A DNA stretch of 64,000 bases from Eledone cirrhosa (GCA_964016885.1 OZ024742.1:358112001-358176000); one strand, 5' to 3'. Positions 1 to 11,169 are shown, counted from the stretch's first letter. The notes: generated by a model not told the origin, from the letters alone. Numbers and translations: made by a program.

Positions 1-35
1 ATTGCTGGCCTTGTGCCTAAAGTAGAAACAATTAT
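1..35 (+). mobile_element. 3' end of tRNA-derived SINE family 1, cut by window edge
   Basis: attgctggccttgtgcctaaagtagaaacaattatt matches the 3' end of the complete copies at 3715, 6232 and 53050. Confidence 0.8.
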
Positions 36-759
36 TAGTACATCAACTGACTCATTTTCAAGACATTGCCATACAAATTTCCTGCCACATATACTAAGCA
101 GTTAACACACACACAGACACACACTCACAGACAGTCAGGCATATTCACTCATGCACACTCATACACACTCACACACACACTCATATATAATATTCAGGTT
201 TGCACTAAGTGGAAAGTAGCTGTGTAAACCACAATTGTTCTTAATGAAGACATGTTCAGTTTAATAGAGCACTATTACATTTTTCATGAAATGTTAGCAT
301 TCATGTGAGAAATTAATTTTTTTTTTTTTCCAAACATTTAAAGCCTTGTAGTGTTGAATGTATTGTTTTACAGATATGCATTCAATATGAATAGTATGTT
401 TCATAATTCAATTGTGTAATTGCCATATAGCTAATTCATGCATATTAAGGACACCGGATTAATGAAAGTGGAAGCAGTTTTAATTAATTTCAAGTAATTT
501 TGTATTTTTTCTTGGAATTCTTTAATTCTTAAAAGAATATACAAAAAAAAAAAAAAAAAATCGGTGAAGCCAGGAATATTGGGAGGGATACTACTAAATG
601 GAAATAACATAATTCTCGAAACGTTTGGACCCATCAACCTTTTAATATTTATTTCTAACAAAGGAACATGACCAGAATATTTCATTGGTTAGTGTAGTAT
701 ATCTTTCAGAAGGATGTGAATGGATTTGTGACATAATTCAGAATGTCCGATAGAGTGAA

Positions 760-1168
760 GGCACATATAGTGGTTAGAGCATTGGACTTGTAATCGAAAG
801 GTTGTGAGTTCAATTCTCGGACCGGGTGATGTGTTGTTTCCTTGAGCAAGACACTTTATTTCACATTGCTTCAGTTTACTCAGCTGTAGAAATGAGATGA
901 TGGGACTAGGGTCCCTATAATTCCACTGCAAAGTGGTCGTGAAGGTGCCATAGTAAAAAAGCACCCAGCCCACACTGTAAAGTGGACATGTAGACACCAC
1001 TGGGAAAAAAGCCCCCAGCACTCACTGTAAATAAGGTTGGTGTTAGGAAGGGCACCCAGCTGTAGAAATCAAGCCAGAATCAGTTCCCGTATGAGCAAGA
1101 CAAGGTCAGCTGACTGGACACTGCCCACAATAGGACAACCCGTCTAACCCATGCCAGCATGGGTTAGA
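760..1168 (+). mobile_element. tRNA-derived SINE family 2 (CORE-like body) with RTE-B-type tail
   Basis: A-box-like TGGTTAGAGC, B-box-like GTTCAATTC, CORE-like ccttgagcaagacactt...cagctgtagaaatg, then a sequence matching the RTE-B 3' UTR (9070-9300). Confidence 0.75.
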
Positions 1169-1320
1169 CAAGTTGTTCTGTTGAGATAACTCAGATCAGG
1201 TGACCATGTCTTATACAGATATTTTTCTGGCTTGATTTCTATGACTGAATAACCTTCTCAAATGCCAACCATATTTACAGTGTAGTTGATAAATAATTAC
1301 CAGTTTAGTATTGTGGACGA

Positions 1321-1570
1321 TTCTTCTATATCTCTTTCTCATTGTCTCTCCCTTCTGCTCCCTCTCTCTCTTTCTAATTGTCTCTCTCTTTTACTCTCCC
1401 TCTCTCTTTCTCATTGTCTCTCTCTCTTCCGCTCCCTCTCTCTTTCTCATTGTCTCTCTCTCTTCTGCTCCTTCTCTCTTTCTCATTGTCTCTCTCTTCT
1501 GCTCCCTCTCTCTTTCTCATTGTCTCTCTTTCTTCCGCTCCCTCTCTCTTTCTCATTGTCTCTTTCTTTC
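1321..1570. repeat. CT-rich minisatellite (~33-35 bp unit)
   Basis: recurring ctctctctttctcattgtctctctcttctgctcc; explains the low-complexity ORFs at 1286-1660. Confidence 0.85.
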
Positions 1571-1930
1571 ACTGGAAGAAATTGTCTATGTTCAGATTTG
1601 GTGAGGGATGAGCTCTGCCAAGTTGAAATACCCAAGACACACACTAAGTACCCCTTCTAAGCCATCAGGATCTAAGGGCCTATGACATGCCATGGGCCCT
1701 TAATATTAACAAGTTTTAGAGTTAAGGACTTTAAACCTGATAGTTTATACAAATATCAATAAATCATTGCAGTATTTTTAAAAATCTATTTCAAGTTTGG
1801 TAACATTTGTTGAGCAAACATTGGAAGAAAACAAATTGATGAAAACCATATTATTTAATTCTGTCTTTCTGTGTGTCAGTGTCTTTGTAAATTTGTGTGA
1901 TCGTATAAATATATATATATATATATATAT

Positions 1931-2521
1931 CATCAGATTAGCATGGGAGGGGGTGTTCCGAGGCTATAGTATCTAGAATAAGGACGGATTGGAAGAAGTT
2001 TAGGGAGCTGCTTCCCCTGTTGACAAAGAATGGTTTTGGTTTCTCCCTGCATACAAAAGGCCGGTTATATGATGCCTGTGTGAGATGCGCGATGCTGCAT
2101 AGTAGTGAGACATGGGCAGCAACTACAGAGGATATGCGACAGCTGGAGAGAAATGAAGCAAGCATGCTTCGTTGGATGTGCAATGTCAATGTGCGTGAAC
2201 GACCAAGCATAGATGAGTTGAGAGAGGAACTGTGTATAAGAGGGATAAGTTGTGGTGTGCGGGAGAGAAGACTGAGATGTTATGGACATGTGATGCACAT
2301 GTAGGATGACCGCTGGGTAAAGAAGTGCCAAAAATCCCAGTAGAAGGAAGACACAGTAGAGGAAGACCACGAAAAACATGAGCGGAGGTGGTGAGAGCAG
2401 ACCTCAGATCGCTGAAGCTCACGGAGGAGATGACTAAGGACCAGGACATGTGGAGAGATGCTGTTCTGAATAGGACCTGTCCCACCCTTGCAAAGCGGAT
2501 GTAAAATGTTGATGATGATGA
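1931..2521 (+). mobile_element. 5'-truncated, decayed RTE family A LINE
   Basis: translates KGRLYDACVRCAMLHSSETWA..RRLRCYGHVMHM, homologous to the C-terminus of 21832-24900; starts after (TA)n and ends in (GAT)n. Confidence 0.9.
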
Positions 2522-2765
2522 TCATCATCATCATCGTTTAACGTCCATCTTCCATGGGTAGGATGAGCTGTCCTTTTGTGAGAGATCAGGTCGGAGAACT
2601 GTATTTCGTACACTCAGGGCTGATTTTGGCTTGGATTCTAAGGCTGGATGCCCTTCCTAATGCATTTACAGTGCGTTGGGTGCTTTTTTTCGTGTCGCAA
2701 ACATGACCACTTTACAGTGTAGGGTGGGCGCTTTTTACCATGTCACCAACATGACCACTGTGTGG
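2521..2765 (-). mobile_element. RTE-type 3' UTR / bipartite element remnant
   Basis: (ATC)n then gtttaacgtccatcttcc, ggctggatgcccttcctaa and gggtgcttttt motifs as in the RTE-B/C 3' UTRs. Confidence 0.7.
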
Positions 2766-3274
2766 GCTGGAGGCTTCACTGGATGTATATTTTGGCTTGT
2801 CTTTATGGAAGATGTATGGCAAAGTTAACAAAGGGAGGAAAAGCAAACAAAACGCTATTGCTAGTCCACCCTAGGTCACAGTGTCTGCCATAAGCCAAAT
2901 GCTGTCCAGTGGAGGTGGAATAAGTGGAATGGTGGGGTTGAAAATCGGAAATTTTTCTAGGTTGTCTCCGTTGATTTAAAAAAAATCAGAATTAGTTATT
3001 TTGTTAACATATTGAGATCCCCAACCTATCCTATTTATTTTATAACATATGGGATTTGTGGTGATGTATTTCTTTTGTCATCATGTATAATGTTTTTAAT
3101 GTATAAAGAAAATTGTCACAGGAATGCTACCACTTAAAATAATATTTCACCAGAGATAGACAAGGAACATTTAATAAGCAGAGGGGTACAATAAGAGTGG
3201 GAGCAGAGGTGGAAAATAATCTGAAAAATTAATAAGGTGGGGTGGGAATAATTATTTGAGACCTGAGAATACTC

Positions 3275-3712
3275 TGACGTCCTGCAACTGACTTGGTAAA
3301 CACCCACAAAATTACGAACCATCTTGCCAACAACTACCCTGAGTACCTTTTTGATTTCCATGTGTCTAACACATGTGGGCATGCCAACAAAGTCAGAAAA
3401 CAGCACAGTTCTCATGGCTTTCGGAAACATTTTTTCATGCTCAGAGTTGCTGAAGCATGGAACAAACTACCTGCATCAGTTGTTAGCTGCCAAGACACTG
3501 CATCCTTTAAAACCTCCATGCATCCTGAGATTCGTTAACACTACACCTAATGTTCCCCCTCCATACACACGCACACATGTATATCATGACTCATACACTA
3601 TTCATTTCCCTGACATTTGTATATTATTCTATGTACTATACATGCATCTTTGATGAGTTGTAGTGCACCTGAGCACTGTACACAATAATTTCATTATTAT
3701 TATATATTATTA
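3275..3712 (+). mobile_element. CR1-group LINE 3' fragment
   Basis: NTCGHANKVRK..RKHFFMLRVAEAWNKLPASVV..SFK resembles the CR1 ORF2 C-terminus (TRGH..FFxxRVVxxWNxLP); ends in an (ATT)n-like tail. Confidence 0.75.
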
Positions 3713-3714
3713 TA

Positions 3715-3903
3715 GCTTTGGATTGGCAGTATCGGTAGAGGGTCGGACGCCATGCTTTGACGTATAGAGTTATGGCCCTTGCCATTCTGAGTTCAAATCC
3801 TGCCGAGGTTAACTTTGCCTTTCATCCTTACGGGGTCGATAAAATAAAGTACCAGTAATGCACTGGGTAATTGCTGGCCTTGTGCCAAAAGTAGAAACAA
3901 TTG
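3715..3903 (+). mobile_element. tRNA-derived SINE family 1 (Meta/MESC-like central domain)
   Basis: gattggcagtatcggtagag head, B-box GTTCAAATCC, central gcctttcatccttacggggtcgataaaataaagtaccag; about 20 copies in the window; Meta-domain assignment is from memory. Confidence 0.8.
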
Positions 3904-3967
3904 TTATAGAAGAACATCTAAAGTCTTCTGAAAGCCATGACAGTAGGGTAAACTGAATGTAATAGCA

Positions 3968-4750
3968 ATGCTGATGGTGTTGTTGATGATGATGATAATA
4001 GTAACAATGATGGCAGCAGACGTGGTGAAGATGCTCATAATAATGATGGGAATGGTTGATGACTATGGTGGTGGTGGTGCTGGTTGTGCTGGTGGTGCTG
4101 GTGATGGTGACTATGGTGGTGGTGGTGATGGTAATGACTATGGTGATGGTGGTGTTGGTGATGGTGATTATGTGGTGGTGGTGGTGGTGGTGGTAGTGGT
4201 GCTGGTGACTATGGTGGTGATATTTATGGTGCTGATGGTGATGGTGACTATGATGGTGGTGACTATGGTGGTGGTGGTGATAGTTACTATGGTGGTGGTG
4301 GTGTTGGTGATGGTAGTAATGGTGCTGGTGACTATGGTGGTGATGGTAGAGGTGATGGTGGTAGTAGTAGGGGTGATGTTTATGGTGCTGATGGTGATGG
4401 TGACTATGATGGTGGTGATGGTGGTGATGACTATGGTGGTGGTGGTGGTGATGCTGGTGGTTATGGTGCTGATGGTGATGGTGGCTATGGTGGTGGTGGT
4501 GATGATGATGGTGACTATGGTGGTAGTGGTGTTATTGGGGACTATGGTGTTGGTGATAGCGGTGTTGGTGACTATGGTGGTAATGGTGGGTTTTTTTATG
4601 TTAATGGTAGTGGTGGTGTTGGTGACTATCGTGGTAGTAGTGGTATTAGTGGTGGTGTTGGAGCCTGTGGTGGTGTTGTTGTTGAGGATTATGATGGTGA
4701 TTGTGGTAGTGGTGGTGTTGGTGTTGGTGACTATGATGATGTTGGTGATA
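3968..4750. repeat. Degenerate (GGT/GAT)n trinucleotide repeat with recurring ggtgactat
   Basis: direct reading; the 265-aa Val/Met ORF is a by-product. Confidence 0.85.
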
Positions 4751-5696
4751 ATTACTTTTCTTTGAAGAATAAATATCCTATCTTATTCATACTTTGTATT
4801 TTATTTTCATCCTATATTTTATTTATTCTAAATTAATATTTTTGTAGAAAATAGATTGGGTTTGAAACACTTTTTAATGTCTATGTAATCAAATACTTCG
4901 ATATGTTTTAACCAATAGATTGTTCACATACTTTTATATTATTTTGCAATTAATGTTATATACAACTAAATAATATACTTGTCTGTATTGGGAACTGACA
5001 ACTGTAATATATTTTTATGATAGACAGCAGTTGTAATGTGTATTTCTGTAATATATTTCACAGTCAAATAAGATTCTGTGTATGATGTCTTATTATATAT
5101 GCAGTGACATAGCTAGAGTGCATGCCACCCGAGGCAGTCCTTCAGTTTGTTGCACCTCAGACCCAACAAACAATACATATTGCTCAGTGACCCACCTTTA
5201 ATGTTCTCTCCATATATGTATCAACTAGTCTGTGTACAATTGTAATACTATGCTGCAGCATTAAATGAACCCTTCTAGCCTACAGCAGACTCAGATGTGC
5301 CCCCCCCCCCTCCTAGCTACACTATAGCACATATGATACATTGTGTATCATTGTGAGCTGTGTTTTCCTATTGTCTTGATGAGGTTTATTTCTCAACATT
5401 AAATTATAGACTATAAATCAATTCACAGTTGTATAAATAGCATTACAAATATTGATGGAAATAGGGAAAAAAGAAAATACCAAGCAATAAACAGAGGGGG
5501 GGGGGGTAAAGAAGGGCAGATCTGACTGTATAGGAAAGTAGGAGAAAGGGCTGTAAATGCCATAAATGAGAGGAAAAGGAGAGAAAAAGCAATGACTATG
5601 AGGCCACTGAAGAAAGCACCTGGGAAGAAGAGATGGTGATAGGTTCTATGCCTGGGGAAGGGTGTTGTCTCAAATTAGTGCTTAGATTTTCTAATT

Positions 5697-5875
5697 ATCA
5701 TCATTGTTTTTATGTCCGCTTTCCCATGCTTGCATGGGTTGGACAGGTCCATCTCAGCACAGTATCTCTCCACTTGTTGTGTTCCTTCCTCATCCCCTCT
5801 GCCAGTCTTAGTGATGTTAGGTAAGCTTGTACAACCTCTGCCCAGGTCTTTCTTGGTCGTCCTCTACTTTCTAAT
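5697..5875 (-). mobile_element. RTE LINE 3' remnant
   Basis: SRGRPRKTWAEVVQ..TCPTHASMGKRT* followed by a short (GAT)n tail. Confidence 0.8.
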
Positions 5876-6231
5876 ATCTCATATATACAAAACATAAAGT
5901 CTTCATTCACTTTAAGGATAAGACAATAATTCTAGTACTAATGCCATGAGGAATTACACCCAGTACTCTCTGTAATGTTGGAGAGGGTCTATTTTAAAAA
6001 ATCAAGCTAAATATGTCCAAAGTGAATGCTAAAGCTGTATCAAAACAACTCCCCTAATGCTGGTGTTGTGATAAAATGCACACAGAACACACTGTAAAGG
6101 GTTTGGCATTAGAAAGAGTATCCAGCTATAGAAAGTATAACACACTAGAGTATATAAGGACAGTAGGTTTGATGAATTCTCAAGAGTTCTAGTATGTGAC
6201 AGTAAAGTTAATATCAGAAGACATGTCTGAA

Positions 6232-6423
6232 CCAGAGTGGATTGGCAGTATCGGTAGGGGGTCGGATGCCATGCTTGCCAGCATAGTTACATTGCTTTAT
6301 GGTCTGAGTTCAAATCCCGTTGAGGTTAACTTTGTCTTTCATCCTTACGGGGTCGATAAAATAAAGTACCAGTAATGTACTGGGTAATTGCTGGCCTTGT
6401 GCAAAAAGTAGAAACAATTATTA
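6232..6423 (+). mobile_element. SINE family 1
   Basis: full copy matching 3715-3903. Confidence 0.8.
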
Positions 6424-6710
6424 CTGAGTGGAGAAGGAAGACTGGTATACATGGGCAACTTCTAGTCTTCTCCCATAAGTGTCATGGGCAACTTCTAGTC
6501 TTCTTCCATAAGCAACCTTGCGCTTCATTAACATAGAATAAGAAAAAGAATGGAAGAGAATTTTTCACATCTCTGGCCCTCTTTAGTTAATTTACCACTC
6601 AGATGATTAATTTAATAGTTTCAACCCTGCTCCCCAATTAGTTATATATCTAGCAGTGATTCAATATGTTTGATAATTTTTCTACTTGTCCCATATTCTT
6701 ATGAAGAACT

Positions 6711-9044
6711 CATAGCTTAGTTGTCAGCGACCTCACGGTCAGAACTAGACGAGCCCTGAAACAGAGGCCAACCTGGATAAGAAAGATCTGGAAGCTGAAA
6801 GTCCCCTCAACCAGTAACAGATTTAAAGATATTTTACTCAACGCCTACGACAGTAAAGAAGAACAGATAGAGACATTTAACGTAGAAGAGAACTGGGAGT
6901 TCCTAAAAAATAACTTACTAGAGGCGACGGATGAGGTTTGTGGCTGGAGTAAGACCTCAAGCAGGAGGAGAGTGACTTGGTGGTGGAACAATAAGGTAGA
7001 TGAAGCAGTCAAGGCCAAGAGACAGGCATGGAAAGAATGGAAGAACGGGGGGAGCAGGGTACATTACATAGAGACCAAGAGGGAAGCTAGGCGACAAGTA
7101 TACTTAGCTAGGAGGGAAGCAGAGGATAGAAAATTCAAGCATGTTTTACAACGTGAGGACCAGAAACAGGAGGTATTCAAGATTGCGAGGCAGTGTGTCA
7201 GAGATAGTTGTGATGTCATTGGAGAGAAGTGTATCCGGAATGATAAAGGTGAGCTTGCCCTCACAAGTGCTGAGAAGAAAGATGCATGGAAGAGTCATTA
7301 TGATAGATTACTAAATGAGGAGAATGCATGGGAAGAAGAGACCCTACCCCACGTAGACCCTATAGAGGGACCAGCAGTACAAGTCAGCGGCAGCGTAGTA
7401 AGTAAGGCAATCAGAGATATGAAGATAGGGAAGGCAACCGGTCCATCGGGTATAGCTGCCGAGATGCTGAAGGCATCTGGGTCTGTAGGTCACACTATAA
7501 CCACACGTATCGTTAACCAGGTAATACTAGAGGGGGCCATACCAAAAGATTGGTGCAGTAGCATCATTGTCAACTGCTACAAAGGTAAAGGCGATGCACT
7601 AGATAGAGGAAACTATAGAGGTATAAAGTTGATGGACCAGGTCATGAAAGTAACAGAAAGAGTTATAGCACAGCTGATTAGGGACCGGGTGAATATAGAC
7701 GAGATGCAATTTGGGTTTGTACCAGGGAAAGGCACCACTGATGCGCTCTTCCTTGTGAGGCAATTACAGGAAAAGTACCTAGCTAAAAGTAAGCCACTCT
7801 ACTTGGCATTTGTCGACCTTGAGAAAGCCTTTGACAGAGTTCCACGTGCAGTAATCTGGTGGGCTCTTAGAAAACTAGGAGTAGATGAATGGCTTGTGAA
7901 AGCGGTACAAGCCATGTATAGGGGAGCAGTCAGCAAAGTTAGGATTGGCAATGAGTATAGTGAGGAATTTAGCGTACAGGTTGGGGTCCACCAGGGCTCT
8001 GTTCTTAGCCCTCTCCTGTTCATCATAGTCCTGCAGGCAATAACGGAGGAGTTTAAGACCGGATGCCCATGGGAACTCCTGTATGCTGATGACCTCGCAC
8101 TCATAGCTGAATCTATGGTAGAACTAGAGAATAAATTCCAAACCTGGAAGCAGGGACTAGAGAGAAAGGGCCTCAAAGTCAACATGACAAAGACTAAGGT
8201 CCTTATAAGTAGACGAGAAAACAGAACCCAGATCCCCTCAGGGAAATGGCCTTGCTCAGTATGTAGGAAAGGTGTAGGTAGGAACTCCATTCTTTGCCCC
8301 AAATGCAAACAATGGGTACACAAGAGATGTAGCGGGATCTCAGGAAGCTTAATTAAGAATGTAGGATTCACATGTAGCAGCTGTGCTGAAACAGCAAGCA
8401 AACAGCCACAGGAAACAAGTACCACCAATCTCTGGGAGGGCCCTGTAGAAACAGTAGACAGCTTCTGCTACCTAGGTGACCGAATTAGCAACGGAGGTGG
8501 GTGCTCAGAAAGTACAATAACTAGGGTAAGAACGGGATGGAAGAAGTTTAGGGAACTACTACCACTGCTAGCTGCAAAAGGCTTCTCCCTCAGAATGAAA
8601 GGCAGACTGTATGATGCGTGTATCCGAACAGCGATGTTGCATGGTAGTGAGACCTGGGCGCTGAAGGTGGAAGACTTACGTAGATTAGAGAGAAACGAAG
8701 CCTGCATGCTCCGATGGATGTGTAACAGTAATATACGTGAACGACAAAGCATAAATGAATTGAGAGAGAGACTGAGCATAAGAGGAATCAAATGCTGCGT
8801 GCAGGAGAGGCGGTTACGCTGGTATGGACATGTGATGCGTATGAAGGATGACAGCTGCATAAAAAGGTGCAGAGCACTAGAAGTTGATGGAAACCGCGGA
8901 GTGGGGAGACCCAAGATGACTTGGGATGAGGTGATAAAAGCCGACCTTACCCAACTACACTTCTCAAAGTCAATGACACACGACCGTGACTTCTGGCGTC
9001 ATGCAGTAATACAGGGTACCCGACCTCCCATGGGTACATGCTGA
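6711..9044 (+). CDS. RTE reverse transcriptase (truncated ORF) with embedded PHD-like finger
   Basis: NYRGIKL, QFGF, FVDLEKAFDRV, GVHQGSVLSPLLF, YADD, C4HC3 insert, RRLRWYGHV; frame open 87 codons upstream of the 6972 ORF call. Confidence 0.9.
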   Translation, partial: HSLVVSDLTVRTRRALKQRPTWIRKIWKLKVPSTSNRFKDILLNAYDSKEEQIETFNVEENWEFLKNNLLEATDEVCGWSKTSSRRRVTWWWNNKVDEAVKAKRQAWKEWKNGGSRVHYIETKREARRQVYLARREAEDRKFKHVLQREDQKQEVFKIARQCVRDSCDVIGEKCIRNDKGELALTSAEKKDAWKSHYDRLLNEENAWEEETLPHVDPIEGPAVQVSGSVVSKAIRDMKIGKATGPSGIAAEMLKASGSVGHTITTRIVNQVILEGAIPKDWCSSIIVNCYKGKGDALDRGNYRGIKLMDQVMKVTERVIAQLIRDRVNIDEMQFGFVPGKGTTDALFLVRQLQEKYLAKSKPLYLAFVDLEKAFDRVPRAVIWWALRKLGVDEWLVKAVQAMYRGAVSKVRIGNEYSEEFSVQVGVHQGSVLSPLLFIIVLQAITEEFKTGCPWELLYADDLALIAESMVELENKFQTWKQGLERKGLKVNMTKTKVLISRRENRTQIPSGKWPCSVCRKGVGRNSILCPKCKQWVHKRCSGISGSLIKNVGFTCSSCAETASKQPQETSTTNLWEGPVETVDSFCYLGDRISNGGGCSESTITRVRTGWKKFRELLPLLAAKGFSLRMKGRLYDACIRTAMLHGSETWALKVEDLRRLERNEACMLRWMCNSNIRERQSINELRERLSIRGIKCCVQERRLRWYGHVMRMKDDSCIKRCRALEVDGNRGVGRPKMTWDEVIKADLTQLHFSKSMTHDRDFWRHAVIQGTRPPMGTC

Positions 9045-9338
9045 AGCATATAAACAATATGCCCCCCCCCCCCACCGCAAGGTGGTCGTGGAGGTGCCAC
9101 GGCAAAAAAGCACCCAGCCCACACTGTAAAGTGGACGTGTAGGCGCCACGAAAAAGCACCCAGCACTCACTGTAAATGAGGTTGGTGTTAGGAAGGGCTT
9201 CCAGCTGTAGAAATCAAGCCAGATCAGTTCCTGTATGAGCAAGGCATGGTCAGCCGACCAGACACTGCCCACAACAGGACAACCCGTCTAACCCATGCTA
9301 GCGTGGAAGAACGGACGTAAAACGGTGATGATGATGAT
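6711..9338 (+). mobile_element. RTE family B LINE, 5'-truncated at the end of the APE domain
   Basis: open frame from 6711 (HSLVVSDL = APE end), ~290-bp structured 3' UTR, (GAT)n tail; candidate TSD gaactca at 6706-6712 and 9339-9345. Confidence 0.92.
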
Positions 9339-9894
9339 GAACTCACCTCTTGGCAATAAAACTTCAATTCCATCAGTGTTAGTTATTCCAATGTCTTGAA
9401 ATTCCAGATGCTGTTTCTTTGAGTTTTTGAAACCATGGTTGGAGCATTCTATAGGTTAGAATTGACTTCCTTTAGACAATTTGACCTGTATCCCACCAAA
9501 GTGTGATTTGATTTTAAATTTAATATTTTTAAAATCGATACAAATTTGACAAAAATCCTAACAATGTTTTACTGAAGATCTCAGGCTAAACAATGATGCC
9601 AAACAATTGGTGATTCTTATGGAAAGCAGTGTAAATATATGTAGTTTGTTTACTGGTGGTAAGACTTTAGCCATTACTTTAAAGAATAACATATTTTCAT
9701 TGAGTTTTTCATTCTGTACATCTAATGTTGTGCGTAATATAGTATCCATAACATTTTAAGCTTTGTTTCTTTTAATATTTAAAAGAAAATGTTGAACAAC
9801 CACATTGGAATGCTGGGAGATCAGTTTTGGAAATCACTTTGTGAAACAGATAAGCTGACACCTAAAGCACTTCTGAATATATTTATAACAAATA

Positions 9895-9903
9895 CATACA
9901 CAC

Positions 9904-9970
<67 letters not shown>

Positions 9971-10130
9971 TGTGTGTCTGTGTGAGAGAGAGAGTGTGTG
10001 TGTGTGTGTTTGTAAACATAGATATAACAAATATATATGTATGTATATATGTGTGTATGTGTGTATGTATGCATATAACAAACATATATGTATATATATA
10101 TATATTTGTTTTATATATATATATATATAT
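9895..10130. repeat. (TA)n/(TG)n compound microsatellite
   Basis: direct reading. Confidence 0.95.
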
Positions 10131-10757
10131 GGGTAGATATCATCTGGTAGTGGGACAGCTAGAAGTAGTTTTAATAAATATTCCATTATAGGATTTTGGT
10201 TAGATAATATTTATAAAGTCATGAATAAATATATAGCATTTATATTGAAAAGATCCCTTGCACTGAAAATACCTAATTTCACCACCATTACTGATGGCAT
10301 TTATTTTGTCTTTTGCGGGTTTGTTGTCTTAGTTATTTATATATGTGTTTTATGTATTCAGTCATTTATTTTTACATATAAAACAGTTGATGGAAGATGA
10401 TGTAAATGGAATGTGATTTTGAGATAAACACAGCAGTTTCAGTTTATACTACCATGACAGTGAAAGGAGTAGAGATTTGTGGTGTCCTTATCACTAGGAT
10501 CACCTCCCTACTCAAAACCTTCAACATAGAATTGGCTATCCGCAGGTGTGAGCCTCACAAGCCCAAATGACTCTTCCAATTAGTAAAATTTTATAAATGG
10601 TGGTGGGAGGATCAGAAAAGTTAATAAGTGGGAGAGGAGGGGGGACAATTATTTGAGACCTGAGAGGAGACTATGCACACGGAATTGACCAGGAGAAGAT
10701 ATCAAATGTCACATTAACCCCTTTATTACCATATCTCTATTGAAAAACATTGCTTAA

Positions 10758-11169
10758 CCCTTTAGCATTTACATTATTCTATACTTAGCGGTGGATTGGG
10801 AGTATCGTTAGAGGGTCGAACGCCATGCTTTGACTCATAGAGTTACAGCCCTTGCCATTCTGAGTTCAAATCCCGCCAAGGTTAACTTTGCCTTTCAACC
10901 TTACGGGGTCGATAAAATAAAGCACCAGTAATAAACTGGGATAATTACTGGCCTTGTGCCAAAATTAGAAACAATTATTCTATACTCACTATTATATTTT
11001 CACAGTAAAGGCTTTATTTCATATAATTATCTGTTATCTACGAGATTTTGATGTCACTTATTTTGAGAACAATACCTTCATATAGGTATGATTAGCCAGT
11101 TACGGCTGGTTTGAACAGAATGAGGTGAGAGAATTCTGGCCGGATATGGCCGGTTTAAATACTAAAGGG
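10758..11169. mobile_element. piggyBac-type MITE interrupted by a SINE
   Basis: TTAA-CCCTTTAGCATTTA left end, taaatactaaaggg right end; body matches 37116, 46546 and 47192. Confidence 0.75.
10786..10973 (+). mobile_element. SINE family 1 with 13-bp TSD
   Basis: attattctatact at 10773-10785 and 10974-10986. Confidence 0.85.

Noticed and set aside
760-835. tRNA-like sequences with A and B boxes
   Set aside because: SINE heads continuing into SINE bodies; no complete cloverleaf.
3968-4765. 265-aa hydrophobic Val/Met ORF
   Set aside because: Translation of a trinucleotide repeat, not a credible membrane protein.
7799-8914. Antisense ORFs over RT genes (also 21794-24973 and 57463-58899)
   Set aside because: Shadow ORFs of LINE coding sequence.
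9558-9749. 63-aa ORF as a possible host exon
   Set aside because: No recognisable homology or convincing splice context.
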